In this document: positions 28,399 to 37,732 of the stretch, piece after piece | How positions within the stretch are numbered: position 1 is the first letter of the stretch | How the letters are laid out: each line of letters opens with the position of its first letter | DNA from: Candidatus Multivorans thiocomprendens | GTDB taxonomy: Bacteria > Acidobacteriota > Thermoanaerobaculia > Multivoradales > Multivoraceae | Assembly: GCA_027493375.1 (NCBI GenBank) | Contig: JAPVWO010000059.1 | Location: forward strand, 6,507-70,506 | Reading direction: 5' to 3' | DNA: 64,000 bases | Position numbers and translations under genes: made by a program | Notes under the pieces: model-generated | Databases searched by the model: none | Told to the model about the DNA's origin: nothing | Seen by the model: the letters and a program-made list of their open reading frames with translations, nothing else

Positions 28399-29732
28399 CC
28401 ACGGTCGATCCGCGGGTGTTCGATCGCGTAGAGGGTCGGACCGAGACGCTGGACAACGGCCTGCGCGTGGTGCTCCTGCCGCGGGACGGGGCCGAGTCGA
28501 TCGTCGTTGCTCTCTGCTACCGCGCCGGCAGCCGGGACGAGGAGCTTGACGAGTCCGGTCTGGCCCACTTCCTGGAGCACATGATGTTCAAGGGCTCGGC
28601 GGCCTACGGGCCGGGCGCGATCGACCGTCTGACTCAGCGCCTGGGCGGCACGAACAACGCGTTCACGTCCCACGACGCAACCCTCTACCACTTCCAGTTC
28701 GAGCGCGGATCGTGGCGGGAGGCGCTCCGGATCGAGTCCGACCGGATGCGGGGCCTGAGCCTGCTGCCGGAGGAGGTGGACAGCGAGCGCGAGGTGATCC
28801 TCGAGGAGATCCGGATGGTCGAGGACGATCCCTGGGACGGGCTGGAGCAGGCGGTGGCCCGGCGCGTGTTCGGCGGCCATCCCTACGGGCGATCCGTGCT
28901 CGGCACGAGGGAGAGCCTGCGCTCGCTGGACGCCGGGGCGCTCCGCTCGTTTCATGACCGGCACTATCGGCCGGGTCGTGCGGTCCTGGTCTGCGCCGGC
29001 GGCTTGCCCCCGGACGCGATGGAGCTTGTCGAGGCGGCGCTGGGAGGCGAGGCGCCAGTCACGAAGGAGCCGACCTCCGACCGGCGCATTTCCCGGCCGC
29101 CTGCGGCGGCAGCCGGCGGAGGCGCCGGCGCACCCAGTGGGTCAAGCCGCGCGGGCCTCGGGCCGCCGGTCTTCGACCCCGCCGCCGGCAGGCGCGTCGA
29201 ACTCGAAGGGGGCGAAACGTCCCGGCTGCTGGTCGCCCATCCGGCGCCGGCGCCCGACGACCCGGCCCATGTCCATCTCCGGCTGGCGCTGGCCGTCCTC
29301 TGCAGTGGGCGCTCCAGCCGGATCCAGCGCGAACTCGTGGAAGAGAACCCTCTGGCGCTCTGGGCCTCGGCAGCCGTAACCGGTCACCGGCTCGGGGGCA
29401 TGGCGGTCTTCTCCGCCGAGGCGGCGGCCGGGGCCGATCCGGCGCGCCTGGAGGAAGAGCTGTGTTCGCGGGTCGACCGCGTCGCGGTACGTCCGCCGGA
29501 CGGGGAAGAACTCGAGCGGGCGAAGCGGATCCTGTTCGTGGACTGGGTCTTCCTGCACGAAGCGATCGCCGAACGGGCGGTGACGGCCGCGCTCGAGCAG
29601 GCTCTGTTCCGACCGGGCTTCAGCCGCGATTCGTTCGAGGCGTTGTCCGCCGCGACCGCATCCGACGTCGCCGCGGCCTGCGCCGCCCTGCTGTCCGGGG
29701 AAACGCGGGTCGTCGGCTGGTCTCGCCCGTGA
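28395..29732 (+). CDS. M16 zinc peptidase, catalytic subunit
   Basis: LDNGLRVV, GLAHFLEHMMFKGS (HxxEH), NAFT, EREVILEE. Confidence 0.92.
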   Translation: MTTVDPRVFDRVEGRTETLDNGLRVVLLPRDGAESIVVALCYRAGSRDEELDESGLAHFLEHMMFKGSAAYGPGAIDRLTQRLGGTNNAFTSHDATLYHFQFERGSWREALRIESDRMRGLSLLPEEVDSEREVILEEIRMVEDDPWDGLEQAVARRVFGGHPYGRSVLGTRESLRSLDAGALRSFHDRHYRPGRAVLVCAGGLPPDAMELVEAALGGEAPVTKEPTSDRRISRPPAAAAGGGAGAPSGSSRAGLGPPVFDPAAGRRVELEGGETSRLLVAHPAPAPDDPAHVHLRLALAVLCSGRSSRIQRELVEENPLALWASAAVTGHRLGGMAVFSAEAAAGADPARLEEELCSRVDRVAVRPPDGEELERAKRILFVDWVFLHEAIAERAVTAALEQALFRPGFSRDSFEALSAATASDVAAACAALLSGETRVVGWSRP

Positions 29733-31000
29733 CCGATCGCGAGCCGCTGCGTCTCGACCTGTGGTCGGGCCGGCTGCGCCTGACCGCCATGCGCGTGCCG
29801 GACTCCGGCGTCGTGGCGGCCCGAGCCTGGCTTCGCGGCGGCGCCCGCGTCGATCCGTCGCCCGGGCTGGCGCTTCTCTGCGGCCGCATGCTGGTCGAGG
29901 GCAGCGCCCGCCGAACCTGGCGCGAAATCGCCGAACAGGCCGAAGCGCGCGGCGTGTCCCTGAACGGCTTGGCGAGCGCCGAGGTCCACGGCCTCTCGGT
30001 CGACGCGCTGGCCGACGACGGGGATCTGGCGCTCGAGTGGCTGGCCGAGCTGATGCTCGAACCCGGTTTCGACCGGGCGCGCTTCGAGCTGCTGCGCGAC
30101 CAGACCCTGGGTGAGCTTCTCAGTCTCGCGGATCGCCCCGAAGTCGTGACCGGCTGGGCCTTCCGGGATCAGCTCTACCGCCCGCATCCGCTCGCGTCGC
30201 CGAGTCAGGGTACGAGCGAGTCGCTGGCCGCGCTGACGCCGGAGGCCTGCAAGCGGTTTCACGGCGATGCCCTGGCGCGGGGCGGCGTGGTCGCGGTGGC
30301 GGGCGACATCGACGAGGACGCGGTGCTGGCGGACCTGGAGCGTCTTTTCGGAGGCTCACCTGCAGACGCCATCCGTACCGTCGACCCGCCGGCGCCGCGC
30401 GGCCGGAGGAAGAAGCGGATCGAGATCGTCACCGGGTCCCGAGAGCAGGCGCACGTGTACGCGGGACACTTCACGGTCGAACGGCGGCATCCCGACTTGC
30501 CCGAGCTGCGGGCGCTCGGGATCCTGCTCGGCTCGGACGGTATGGCCGGCCTGATTCCGAATCGGATCCGCGAACAGGAGGGTCTCGCCTACGCGACCCA
30601 CGTCGATCTCCTGGCTGGGGCCGGCACGGATCCCGGCGCCCTTTCCGTCTACCTCGGCACGCACCCCGACCGCGTCGCCCGCGCCCTCGAACTGGTACGG
30701 GATTCCCTGCGACACGTCCTGGAGCGACCGCCCGAGGCGGCGGTTCTCGAGGAGTGCAAGACGGGCATGTTCGGCCGTGAGCCCTTCGTTGCCGAGACCG
30801 CCGGCCAGTGGGCCGGCCTGCTGGTCGACGCGCTGCTGTTCGACCTCCCCAGCTACCGGCGGAGCTTCCGGCTCGAACGGATCGAGCGGCTCACTCCCCG
30901 TGGCGTTTTCGAGGCCGCTCGACGGCACATCGACCCGGATCGGATGCGGGTGACCGTCGGGCTCCCCGAAGGGAACGGCGGGGAGGGGTCGCCGGGGTGA
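29729..31000 (+). CDS. M16 peptidase non-catalytic partner subunit
   Basis: M16 fold without HxxEH; IREQEGLAY motif; GTGA overlap with the catalytic subunit. Confidence 0.85.
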   Translation: MTDREPLRLDLWSGRLRLTAMRVPDSGVVAARAWLRGGARVDPSPGLALLCGRMLVEGSARRTWREIAEQAEARGVSLNGLASAEVHGLSVDALADDGDLALEWLAELMLEPGFDRARFELLRDQTLGELLSLADRPEVVTGWAFRDQLYRPHPLASPSQGTSESLAALTPEACKRFHGDALARGGVVAVAGDIDEDAVLADLERLFGGSPADAIRTVDPPAPRGRRKKRIEIVTGSREQAHVYAGHFTVERRHPDLPELRALGILLGSDGMAGLIPNRIREQEGLAYATHVDLLAGAGTDPGALSVYLGTHPDRVARALELVRDSLRHVLERPPEAAVLEECKTGMFGREPFVAETAGQWAGLLVDALLFDLPSYRRSFRLERIERLTPRGVFEAARRHIDPDRMRVTVGLPEGNGGEGSPG

Positions 31001-31104
31001 GAGCGGCGCCTGCCCGCACGGCGTCACGCGCTCGGTCTCTCCGGGTAGAGTCCGTCGACGGCGAGTTGCCGAGGGGCGATCTACGGGGACGGGACAGGCG
31101 AGCT

Positions 31105-32226
31105 TTGGCTGAGGTGCAACGGACGGTCCTGTACAGGCGTCACGTCGAGTCGGGAGCCCGCTTCGGGCCCTTCGCCGGCTACGAGATGCCGATCCAGTAC
31201 GAGGGAGTGCTGGCGGAGCACCGCGCGGTGCGTGAGCGTGCCGGGATGTTCGACGTTTCCCACATGGGGGAGATCCGGGTGCGTGGACCGAGGGCCCTGC
31301 CTCTCCTCCAGCGGCTGACGCCGAACGACGTCGGCGCGCTCCATCCGTTGCGCGCCCAGTACAGTGCGCTCCTGACCGAGCGGGGCACCTTCATCGACGA
31401 TCTGCTCGTCTACTGTCTCGACCCGGAGGACTACCTGCTCGTGGTCAACGCCGCCTCGCGGGCGCGCGACCTGGAACTGCTCGAGACGGCGGCAGCGGCG
31501 GAGGGCCATGGCGTCCAGGTCGACGACCAGAGCGACGAGACCGCCCTGATCGCCGTCCAGGGGCCGCGGGCGGCGGAGATCGTGGCGGACGTCGTGGGCG
31601 GAGAAGCCGCCGAGCTCCGGTACTACTCGTTCCTCCACCAGGACGGGGCGAACAGGATGACTTCGCGCACGGGCTACACCGGCGAGGACGGCTTCGAGAT
31701 CTACCTCCCTTCCGAGCGGGCGGAAGACCTGTGGGCGGAGTTCCTGGAGCGGGGCCGCGATGTCGGCCTGGCGCCGGCCGGTCTGGGCGCGAGAGACACG
31801 CTGCGGCTGGAGGCCGGGATGATGCTCTGCGGCCAGGACATCGGCGAGGAGACGACGCCCCTTGAGGCCGGGCTGTCCTGGATCGTCAAGTGGAAGAAGG
31901 GCGACTTCACAGGCCGCGACGCCCTGGCCCGCCAGCGGGAGAAGGGTTGCCGCCACCGGCTGGTCGGCTTCGAGGTGGAGGGCCGCGGCATCGCCCGGCA
32001 CGGCCACCGGCTGACGGTCCGCGATGCTCCCGGCGCCGCAGGCCCGGTGACCAGCGGCGCCTTCGCACCCACGCTGGGGCGGGCGATCGGCATCGCCCGG
32101 CTGGATTGCAGTAGCGGCGGGCCGCCCGCGCCCGACAGCGCGGCTTCGGTTACGGTTCGCGGCCGGGAGATCGACTGCCGTATCGTCAAACTACCCTTCT
32201 ACAGGCGCCCCAAGGCGGGCGCCTGA
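31105..32226 (+). CDS. gcvT: Glycine cleavage system aminomethyltransferase T
   Basis: FAGYEMPIQY, FDVSHMGE, SRTGYTGEDGFE, GLGARDTLRLEAG. Start position is approximate. Confidence 0.95.
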   Translation: MAEVQRTVLYRRHVESGARFGPFAGYEMPIQYEGVLAEHRAVRERAGMFDVSHMGEIRVRGPRALPLLQRLTPNDVGALHPLRAQYSALLTERGTFIDDLLVYCLDPEDYLLVVNAASRARDLELLETAAAAEGHGVQVDDQSDETALIAVQGPRAAEIVADVVGGEAAELRYYSFLHQDGANRMTSRTGYTGEDGFEIYLPSERAEDLWAEFLERGRDVGLAPAGLGARDTLRLEAGMMLCGQDIGEETTPLEAGLSWIVKWKKGDFTGRDALARQREKGCRHRLVGFEVEGRGIARHGHRLTVRDAPGAAGPVTSGAFAPTLGRAIGIARLDCSSGGPPAPDSAASVTVRGREIDCRIVKLPFYRRPKAGA

Positions 32227-32243
32227 GTTCATGTGAGGTTCCG

Positions 32244-32621
32244 ATGATTCCCGACGACCGCCTCTACACGGAGCAGCACGAGTGGCTCAAGGTCGAGGAC
32301 GGCGAGGCCGTGCTCGGCATCACGGACTTCGCCCAGCAGGAACTGGGCGACGTCGTGTTCGTCGAACTGCCGGCGCCGGGACAGGAGTTCGCGGCCGGAT
32401 CCGAAATCGGCGCGATCGAATCGGTCAAGGCGGTGGCGGAGATCTACACGCCCGTGGCGGGCTCGATCGAGGCCGTGAACGATGGACTCGAGGACGCTCC
32501 GGAAGTGGTCAACGAGGATCCCTACGGCGAGGGTTGGCTGGTGCGCCTCCGACTTCGGGAGGAAGGACCGCCGAACGACCTGATGACGGCCGCCGCGTAC
32601 GAGGCGCAGTTGGCGGGCTGA
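32244..32621 (+). CDS. gcvH: Glycine cleavage system H protein
   Basis: HEW, GITDFAQQELGDVVFVELP, ESVKA lipoyl-lysine, NEDPYGEGW. Confidence 0.96.
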   Translation: MIPDDRLYTEQHEWLKVEDGEAVLGITDFAQQELGDVVFVELPAPGQEFAAGSEIGAIESVKAVAEIYTPVAGSIEAVNDGLEDAPEVVNEDPYGEGWLVRLRLREEGPPNDLMTAAAYEAQLAG

Positions 32622-32636
32622 TTCGGACGCGCTGCG

Positions 32637-33083
32637 ATGAAGGGCCTGGAGACCGTCATCCTGTCGTCGAGCCTGGCGGCGTGGTCGGTCGGCATCCTGG
32701 CCCAGATCGGCATTCTGCGGTGGAACCTGACGTTCGAGCTGGAGCTCTACCCTCTCTACATCCTGGCCGCGTTCACCGGCTGGTTCTTCGGCAACGTCTA
32801 CGTTCACCGTTCGGGCCGCGAACGCCGCTTCGCGGGCCGGGCTCTGGACGAGGTCATTCTCCAGGTGGCCCGCACCCGGCTCCTGTTCGTGCTCTACCTG
32901 TTCGGGCCGCCCGGCTGGCTGTACCTGGTTCGTTCCATGGGCCGGAGGGAACAGCTCCAGGAGATGCCGTTGGTGCCGATCCTCACCTTCGGGGTGTACG
33001 CGGCGCTGTTCGCGGTGCCCGTCCTGCTGCGGGGCACGGCCGCCCAGCGGCGGAAGCTCGAGCTGGGCGGAGGCGATGACTAG
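32637..33083 (+). CDS. Hypothetical integral membrane protein
   Basis: About four hydrophobic segments; operonic spacing between gcvH and larE. Confidence 0.7.
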   Translation: MKGLETVILSSSLAAWSVGILAQIGILRWNLTFELELYPLYILAAFTGWFFGNVYVHRSGRERRFAGRALDEVILQVARTRLLFVLYLFGPPGWLYLVRSMGRREQLQEMPLVPILTFGVYAALFAVPVLLRGTAAQRRKLELGGGDD

Positions 33084-33954
33084 GAGCGGCGACGCCGGGC
33101 GGAGGCGCCACGATGCCGGGCGGGATGCCTGGCCGTTCGAAGGCGGCGAGGCTTCGCCGCGGGCGGCCGAGATGCTCGCGCGGAGGATCGAGGACGACCT
33201 GAGGCGGCGCGGCCCGGTGCTGGTCGCCTTCTCGGGCGGGGTCGACTCCGGGCTGGTGGCGGCCCTGGCCCAGCGCGTCCTGGGCGACCGGGCGCTGGCG
33301 GTGACGGCGGCGGCCGAGACCCTCGCCGGCTCGGAACTCGATCACGCGCGCAGGCTGGCGGCCGAGATCGGCATCCGCCATCAGGTGACCACCTACAGCG
33401 AACTGGACGAGCCCGAGTTCCGGGCCAACCCCCGTCACCGTTGCTACGTGTGCCAGGGCCTGCGCATGGACCGCATGGTGGAACTGGCGGATTCCGGGGG
33501 CTTCGCCACCGTCTGCGACGGCACGAACGCCTCGGATCCGGGCCCGGACCGTCCGGGCCTGCGGGCCGTGCGCGAGCGAGGGGTCTACAGCCCGTTGCTG
33601 GAGCACGGCGTGACGAAGGCGGATGCCCGCGGGCTGGCGCGGGCGCTTGGTCTCACGGTCTGGGACCGGCCGGCGAATGCCTGCCTGTCTTCGCGGATAC
33701 CTCACGGCCAGCTCGTCACGCTGCCCAAGCTCCGGCGCATCGAGGACGCCGAGGCGGAACTCCAGGGCCGCGGCTTCCGCGTCCTGAGAGTTCGTCACGA
33801 CGGCGACTCGGCGCGGGTCGAGGTGGGGAAGGGCGAACTGCCGGCAGCCGAGAGGCAGTGGAGCGAGATCGAGGCGCGTCTGCTCGAGCTCGGTTTCGAG
33901 GGAGCGGCGCTCGACCGGCGCGGCTATCGAACCGGCGGCGCGGACGCTGCCTGA
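33076..33954 (+). CDS. larE: LarE-family ATP-dependent sulfur transferase
   Basis: AFSGGVDS PP-loop, RCYVC, DGTNASD, RPGLRA, ACLSSRIP, RVRHDG. Confidence 0.88.
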   Translation: MTRSGDAGRRRHDAGRDAWPFEGGEASPRAAEMLARRIEDDLRRRGPVLVAFSGGVDSGLVAALAQRVLGDRALAVTAAAETLAGSELDHARRLAAEIGIRHQVTTYSELDEPEFRANPRHRCYVCQGLRMDRMVELADSGGFATVCDGTNASDPGPDRPGLRAVRERGVYSPLLEHGVTKADARGLARALGLTVWDRPANACLSSRIPHGQLVTLPKLRRIEDAEAELQGRGFRVLRVRHDGDSARVEVGKGELPAAERQWSEIEARLLELGFEGAALDRRGYRTGGADAA

Positions 33955-33966
33955 TCCGGCGTCTCA

Positions 33967-34725
33967 ATGAAACGGGAGCGACTCCTCGAGCTGCTGCGGG
34001 CCGTAGCCGCCGGCGAAGTCTCCCCAGAGGCCGCGCACGAACGCGTGGCGCGTTTGCCCTACCTGGACGTGGGCGCCGCCAGGCTCGATCTCGATCGGGA
34101 ACTCCGGACCGGCCTGCCCGAGGTCGTCTTCGCTCAGGGCAAGAGCGACGACGAGCTGGTTCGGATCGTTGAAGCGATGATGGCGGACGCGGGCCGGGTG
34201 CTGGTCACGCGGGTGGCGCCGGCTGCCGGCGAACTTCTGAGCGCGGCGATTGCCGGCGGCCGCTTCGAGCCCCGGGCGGGGGTGTGGAGCGCCGGCCGCC
34301 TGGGGCCGCCGTCCGGGCGAAGGGTCGCCGTGCTGAGCGCCGGAACGTCGGACTTTCCGGTGGCGGAGGAGGCCGCGTCGTGTACCGAATGGCTGGGGCA
34401 CGAAGTCGAGCGGATCCGGGATGTCGGCGTCGCCGGCATCCAGCGCGCGCTCGACTCGATCGATCCCCTCCGCCGGGCCGATGTGGCCGTCGTCGTGGCG
34501 GGAATGGACGGCGCCCTGCCGACGGTGGTCGCCGGCCTGGTGTCCTGTCCGGTCGTCGCGGTGCCGACCAGCGTCGGCTACGGCGCGAGCTTCGAGGGGC
34601 TCGCGCCGTTGCTGACCATGCTGACGGCCTGCGCCCCGGGCATCGCCGTCGTCAACATCGACAACGGGTTCGGCGCGGCGGCGCTGACTCACCGCATTCT
34701 GTCGACCAGCATCGCGTCGCCGTAG
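33967..34725 (+). CDS. larB: Nickel-pincer cofactor biosynthesis protein LarB
   Basis: RTGLPEVVF, AGTSDFPVAEEA, DVGVAGI, AGMDGALP, PTSVGYG, VVNIDNGFGAA. Confidence 0.92.
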   Translation: MKRERLLELLRAVAAGEVSPEAAHERVARLPYLDVGAARLDLDRELRTGLPEVVFAQGKSDDELVRIVEAMMADAGRVLVTRVAPAAGELLSAAIAGGRFEPRAGVWSAGRLGPPSGRRVAVLSAGTSDFPVAEEAASCTEWLGHEVERIRDVGVAGIQRALDSIDPLRRADVAVVVAGMDGALPTVVAGLVSCPVVAVPTSVGYGASFEGLAPLLTMLTACAPGIAVVNIDNGFGAAALTHRILSTSIASP

Positions 34726-35717
34726 GAATAGAAGCGAAAGCCGCTCCCGGCCGCCTGGCGGTAGGCGTCGAGGACGCGGTTCCGGCCGGCGAACGCGCAG
34801 ACCAGCATGAGCAGCGTCGACCGGGGCAGGTGGAAGTTCGTGATCAACCGGTCGACGACGCGGAACTCGTAGCCCGGACGGATGTAGAGCCCGGTCCGGC
34901 CGGCGCCGGCGGCGACCAGTCCATCCTCCGACGCCGCGGTCTCGAGAGAACGGACGACGGTCGTGCCGACGGCCACCACCCGGCGCCCGCTTCGGCGGGC
35001 GGCGGCGACCGCCCCGGCGGTTGCCTCCGGGATCTCGAAGCGCTCGGAGTCCATGACGTGCGCTTCCGGGTTCTCCGCCTTGACCGGCCGGAAGGTGCCC
35101 GGTCCGACGTGAAGCGTGAGGCTAGTCCGCCGGACCCCCCGCCGTTCGAGCGCCTCGAGGAGCGCGGGGGTGAAGTGGAGGCCGGCCGTTGGCGCCGCGA
35201 CCGCGCCCGGCCGCGCCGCGTAGACCGTCTGGTAGCGCTCCCGGTCCCGCGGCTCGACCGGCCGGTCGATGTACGGCGGCAGGGGCGGCTCGCCGATCTT
35301 CTCCAGGAGCGGTTCGATCGGATGCTCGAAGGCCAGCCGGAAGCGTCCGTCGGCGCGTTCCTCGACCCGTGCCGCCGGCCCGCGCTCGACCTCGATGGTT
35401 GCGCCTGGGACCATGCGCCGGCCGGGGCGGAGCATGCACCACCAGGAGGCGGGACCGTCCCGCTCGACCAGCAGGATCTCCACCGCGCCGCCGGTCGGTC
35501 GCCGGGCCCGCAGCCGGGCCGGGATGACACGGGTGTCGTTGACGACGAGCAGGTCGCCGGGATCGAGCAGGTCCGGCAGCTCGCCGAAACGCCGTTCCCC
35601 GGTGGTCCGGCCGAGCACCAGCAGGCGGCTCTCGCCGCGTTCTCCGGGGTGCTGGGCGATCGCTTCCTGAGGCAGGTGGTAGTCGAAGTCCGAGGTCCGG
35701 AGCCCGCTGCCGGTCAT
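34689..35717 (-). CDS. queA: S-adenosylmethionine:tRNA ribosyltransferase-isomerase
   Basis: SDFDYHLP, NDTRVIPARL, PLPPYI, AAPTAGLHFT, TNFHLP, FYSYGDAM. Confidence 0.96.
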   Translation of the reverse strand: MTGSGLRTSDFDYHLPQEAIAQHPGERGESRLLVLGRTTGERRFGELPDLLDPGDLLVVNDTRVIPARLRARRPTGGAVEILLVERDGPASWWCMLRPGRRMVPGATIEVERGPAARVEERADGRFRLAFEHPIEPLLEKIGEPPLPPYIDRPVEPRDRERYQTVYAARPGAVAAPTAGLHFTPALLEALERRGVRRTSLTLHVGPGTFRPVKAENPEAHVMDSERFEIPEATAGAVAAARRSGRRVVAVGTTVVRSLETAASEDGLVAAGAGRTGLYIRPGYEFRVVDRLITNFHLPRSTLLMLVCAFAGRNRVLDAYRQAAGSGFRFYSYGDAMLVDRMR

Positions 35718-36754
35718 GCTTCGCCGAGCCAGGTGCGGATCGCCCACGGTGAGCGCCGGCGCGTCTCGCGGCCGCCGGCCCCCAGCCTGGCAAGACGGTC
35801 GCTCAGGCCGTCGGCGAGCAGGCTCGAGCCGAGCACGGCGGCCGCGACCATCAGGCCGGGGAAGGCGGCGATCCACCATGCCGTGGTCAGGTGGCTCTGG
35901 CCGTCCGCGATCATCGAACCCCAACTCGGCTGCGGCGGCTGGACGCCGAGCCCCAGGAAAGAGAGCGCCGATTCGACCAGAATGCAGGCCCCCACCCGCA
36001 GACTGGCGTCTACCAGCAGGGGCGTCGTCGCGTTCGGCAGCAGATGGCGGATGAGCACGCCCGCTGGTGAGCGTCCGGCGGCGGCGGCGGCGAGCGCGAA
36101 CCGTTCCTGCTTCAGCCGCAGCAGTTCGGCCCGGACCAGGCGCGCGAGACCCATCCAGCCCGTGCCGCCGATCAGCAGCACCAGGAGCGTGGTGTCCGGC
36201 CGGTAGAGCGCCGCCAGCAGGAGCACCAGGGCCAAGTGGGGGAAGCAGAGCAGGCCGTCCACCGTGCGCATCAGCGTCTGGTCGACGAAGCGGCCGCCGA
36301 CCGCGGCGCAGGAGCCGACCAGGGTGCCCGCGGTCAGCGCGAGGCCGGCGGCCAGCAGGCCGATGGTCAAGGACACGCGTGAGCCGTGGAGCAGGCGCGA
36401 AAGGACGTCGCGCCCCAGGGCGTCCGTGCCCAGCCAGTTCCTGCGCCGCTCGGCGATGCCCTCCTCGCGGTGGTTCGTCACGGAACCGAATGGAACGCGA
36501 AGCGAGCCCGAGCGTCGCTCGAGAACCAGGTCGGCGTCGTCGACCGTCACCCGTTCCGCCAGCAACGGCTCGGCGCCGAGCGTGCGGACGACGAGCAGGG
36601 AGGACAGGGGCGGCCGCCGGCTCGACTCGGCGGCGTCGAGCTGCTCCGCGGGGTCGTGTGGCGCAAGCAGGGGGGCGGCCGCCGCGAGCAAGGCCAGACC
36701 GCAGAGGATGCCGGCTCCGGTGCGGGCCGCCGGTGGCAGGGGAGACCGGCTCAT
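35714..36754 (-). CDS. Peptide/nickel ABC transporter permease (DppC/OppC-like)
   Basis: LGTDALGRDVLSRLLHGSRVSL, RHLLPN, ESALSFLGLG, PSWGSMI. Confidence 0.9.
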   Translation of the reverse strand: MSRSPLPPAARTGAGILCGLALLAAAAPLLAPHDPAEQLDAAESSRRPPLSSLLVVRTLGAEPLLAERVTVDDADLVLERRSGSLRVPFGSVTNHREEGIAERRRNWLGTDALGRDVLSRLLHGSRVSLTIGLLAAGLALTAGTLVGSCAAVGGRFVDQTLMRTVDGLLCFPHLALVLLLAALYRPDTTLLVLLIGGTGWMGLARLVRAELLRLKQERFALAAAAAGRSPAGVLIRHLLPNATTPLLVDASLRVGACILVESALSFLGLGVQPPQPSWGSMIADGQSHLTTAWWIAAFPGLMVAAAVLGSSLLADGLSDRLARLGAGGRETRRRSPWAIRTWLGEA

Positions 36755-37716
36755 TCCACGCGGATCCTCGGGTCCAGCCGGGTGAGGAGGAGGTCCGCGG
36801 CGAGTGACGCGGCGATGACCAGGACGGCGCCGTATGCGGTGGCCGCGAGGACCACGGGAATGTCCCCCGACTGGATCGCCAGGAGCGTCGCGGTGCCAAG
36901 GCCGGGCCAGGCGAAGACGACTTCGGCCACGACGGCGCCGGAAAGCAGGAGGGGCGCCGACACGGAGGCAAGCTGAAGCAGGCGCGGAGCGGCATGAGCG
37001 AGGCCGTGGACGAGCAGGATCCGTGTCTCGGACAGGCCGCGGGCCCGGGCCGCGCGACCGGCCTCGGTGGCCTGGAACTCGATCAGCGAACTCCGGGTAT
37101 AGCGGGCGATGTCGCCGGCCATCGACAGGCCGAGGACCAGCGCCGGAAGCCACAGGTGCGCCAGCACGTCGAGAGCGGCGGCTGCCGGCCCGAGTTCGAA
37201 GGCGGCGGCGGACGTCATGCCGCCGGCCGGCGCCAGCCCCAGACCCACCGCCAGCACGAGGACCGCCATCAGGCCGACCCAGAAGGTGGGCATGGCGTAG
37301 ACCAGCAGACTTGCGACGCGCACGCTCAGGTCGAGCCGCGAGTTCGGGCGGAAGGCCGCGATCAGGCCCAGACCGATCCCGAGCAGGTACTGGGCGAGCA
37401 GGGCGGCGCCGGCCAGAAGGAGGGTGGGCGGCAAGGCATCGAACAGAAGGTCCGCCACGGGCTGGCCGGTCCGGTAGGACTGCCCCCAGTCCCAGCGCAG
37501 GACGACCGCTCCCAGCCAACGGAGATACTGCGCGGGAAGGGGCTGATCGAGCCCGTAGAGCGCGCGCAGCCGCTCCGCCTGCTCCGGCGGAATTCGTGGG
37601 TCGGAGGGCGCCATCGGATCGCCGGGCGCCAGCGCCACGACGGCGAACGCGAGAGTCAGGACGATCAGGAAGAGCACCGCCGCTGCCAGCAGGCGGCGCA
37701 GAACGAATCGGATCAC
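36751..37716 (-). CDS. Peptide/nickel ABC transporter permease (DppB/OppB-like)
   Basis: APGDP, YGLDQPL, ARARGL, EVVFAWPGLG, LDPRIR. Confidence 0.9.
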   Translation of the reverse strand: MIRFVLRRLLAAAVLFLIVLTLAFAVVALAPGDPMAPSDPRIPPEQAERLRALYGLDQPLPAQYLRWLGAVVLRWDWGQSYRTGQPVADLLFDALPPTLLLAGAALLAQYLLGIGLGLIAAFRPNSRLDLSVRVASLLVYAMPTFWVGLMAVLVLAVGLGLAPAGGMTSAAAFELGPAAAALDVLAHLWLPALVLGLSMAGDIARYTRSSLIEFQATEAGRAARARGLSETRILLVHGLAHAAPRLLQLASVSAPLLLSGAVVAEVVFAWPGLGTATLLAIQSGDIPVVLAATAYGAVLVIAASLAADLLLTRLDPRIRVE

Positions 37717-37732
37717 CAGCGCGGCCGGAGGA

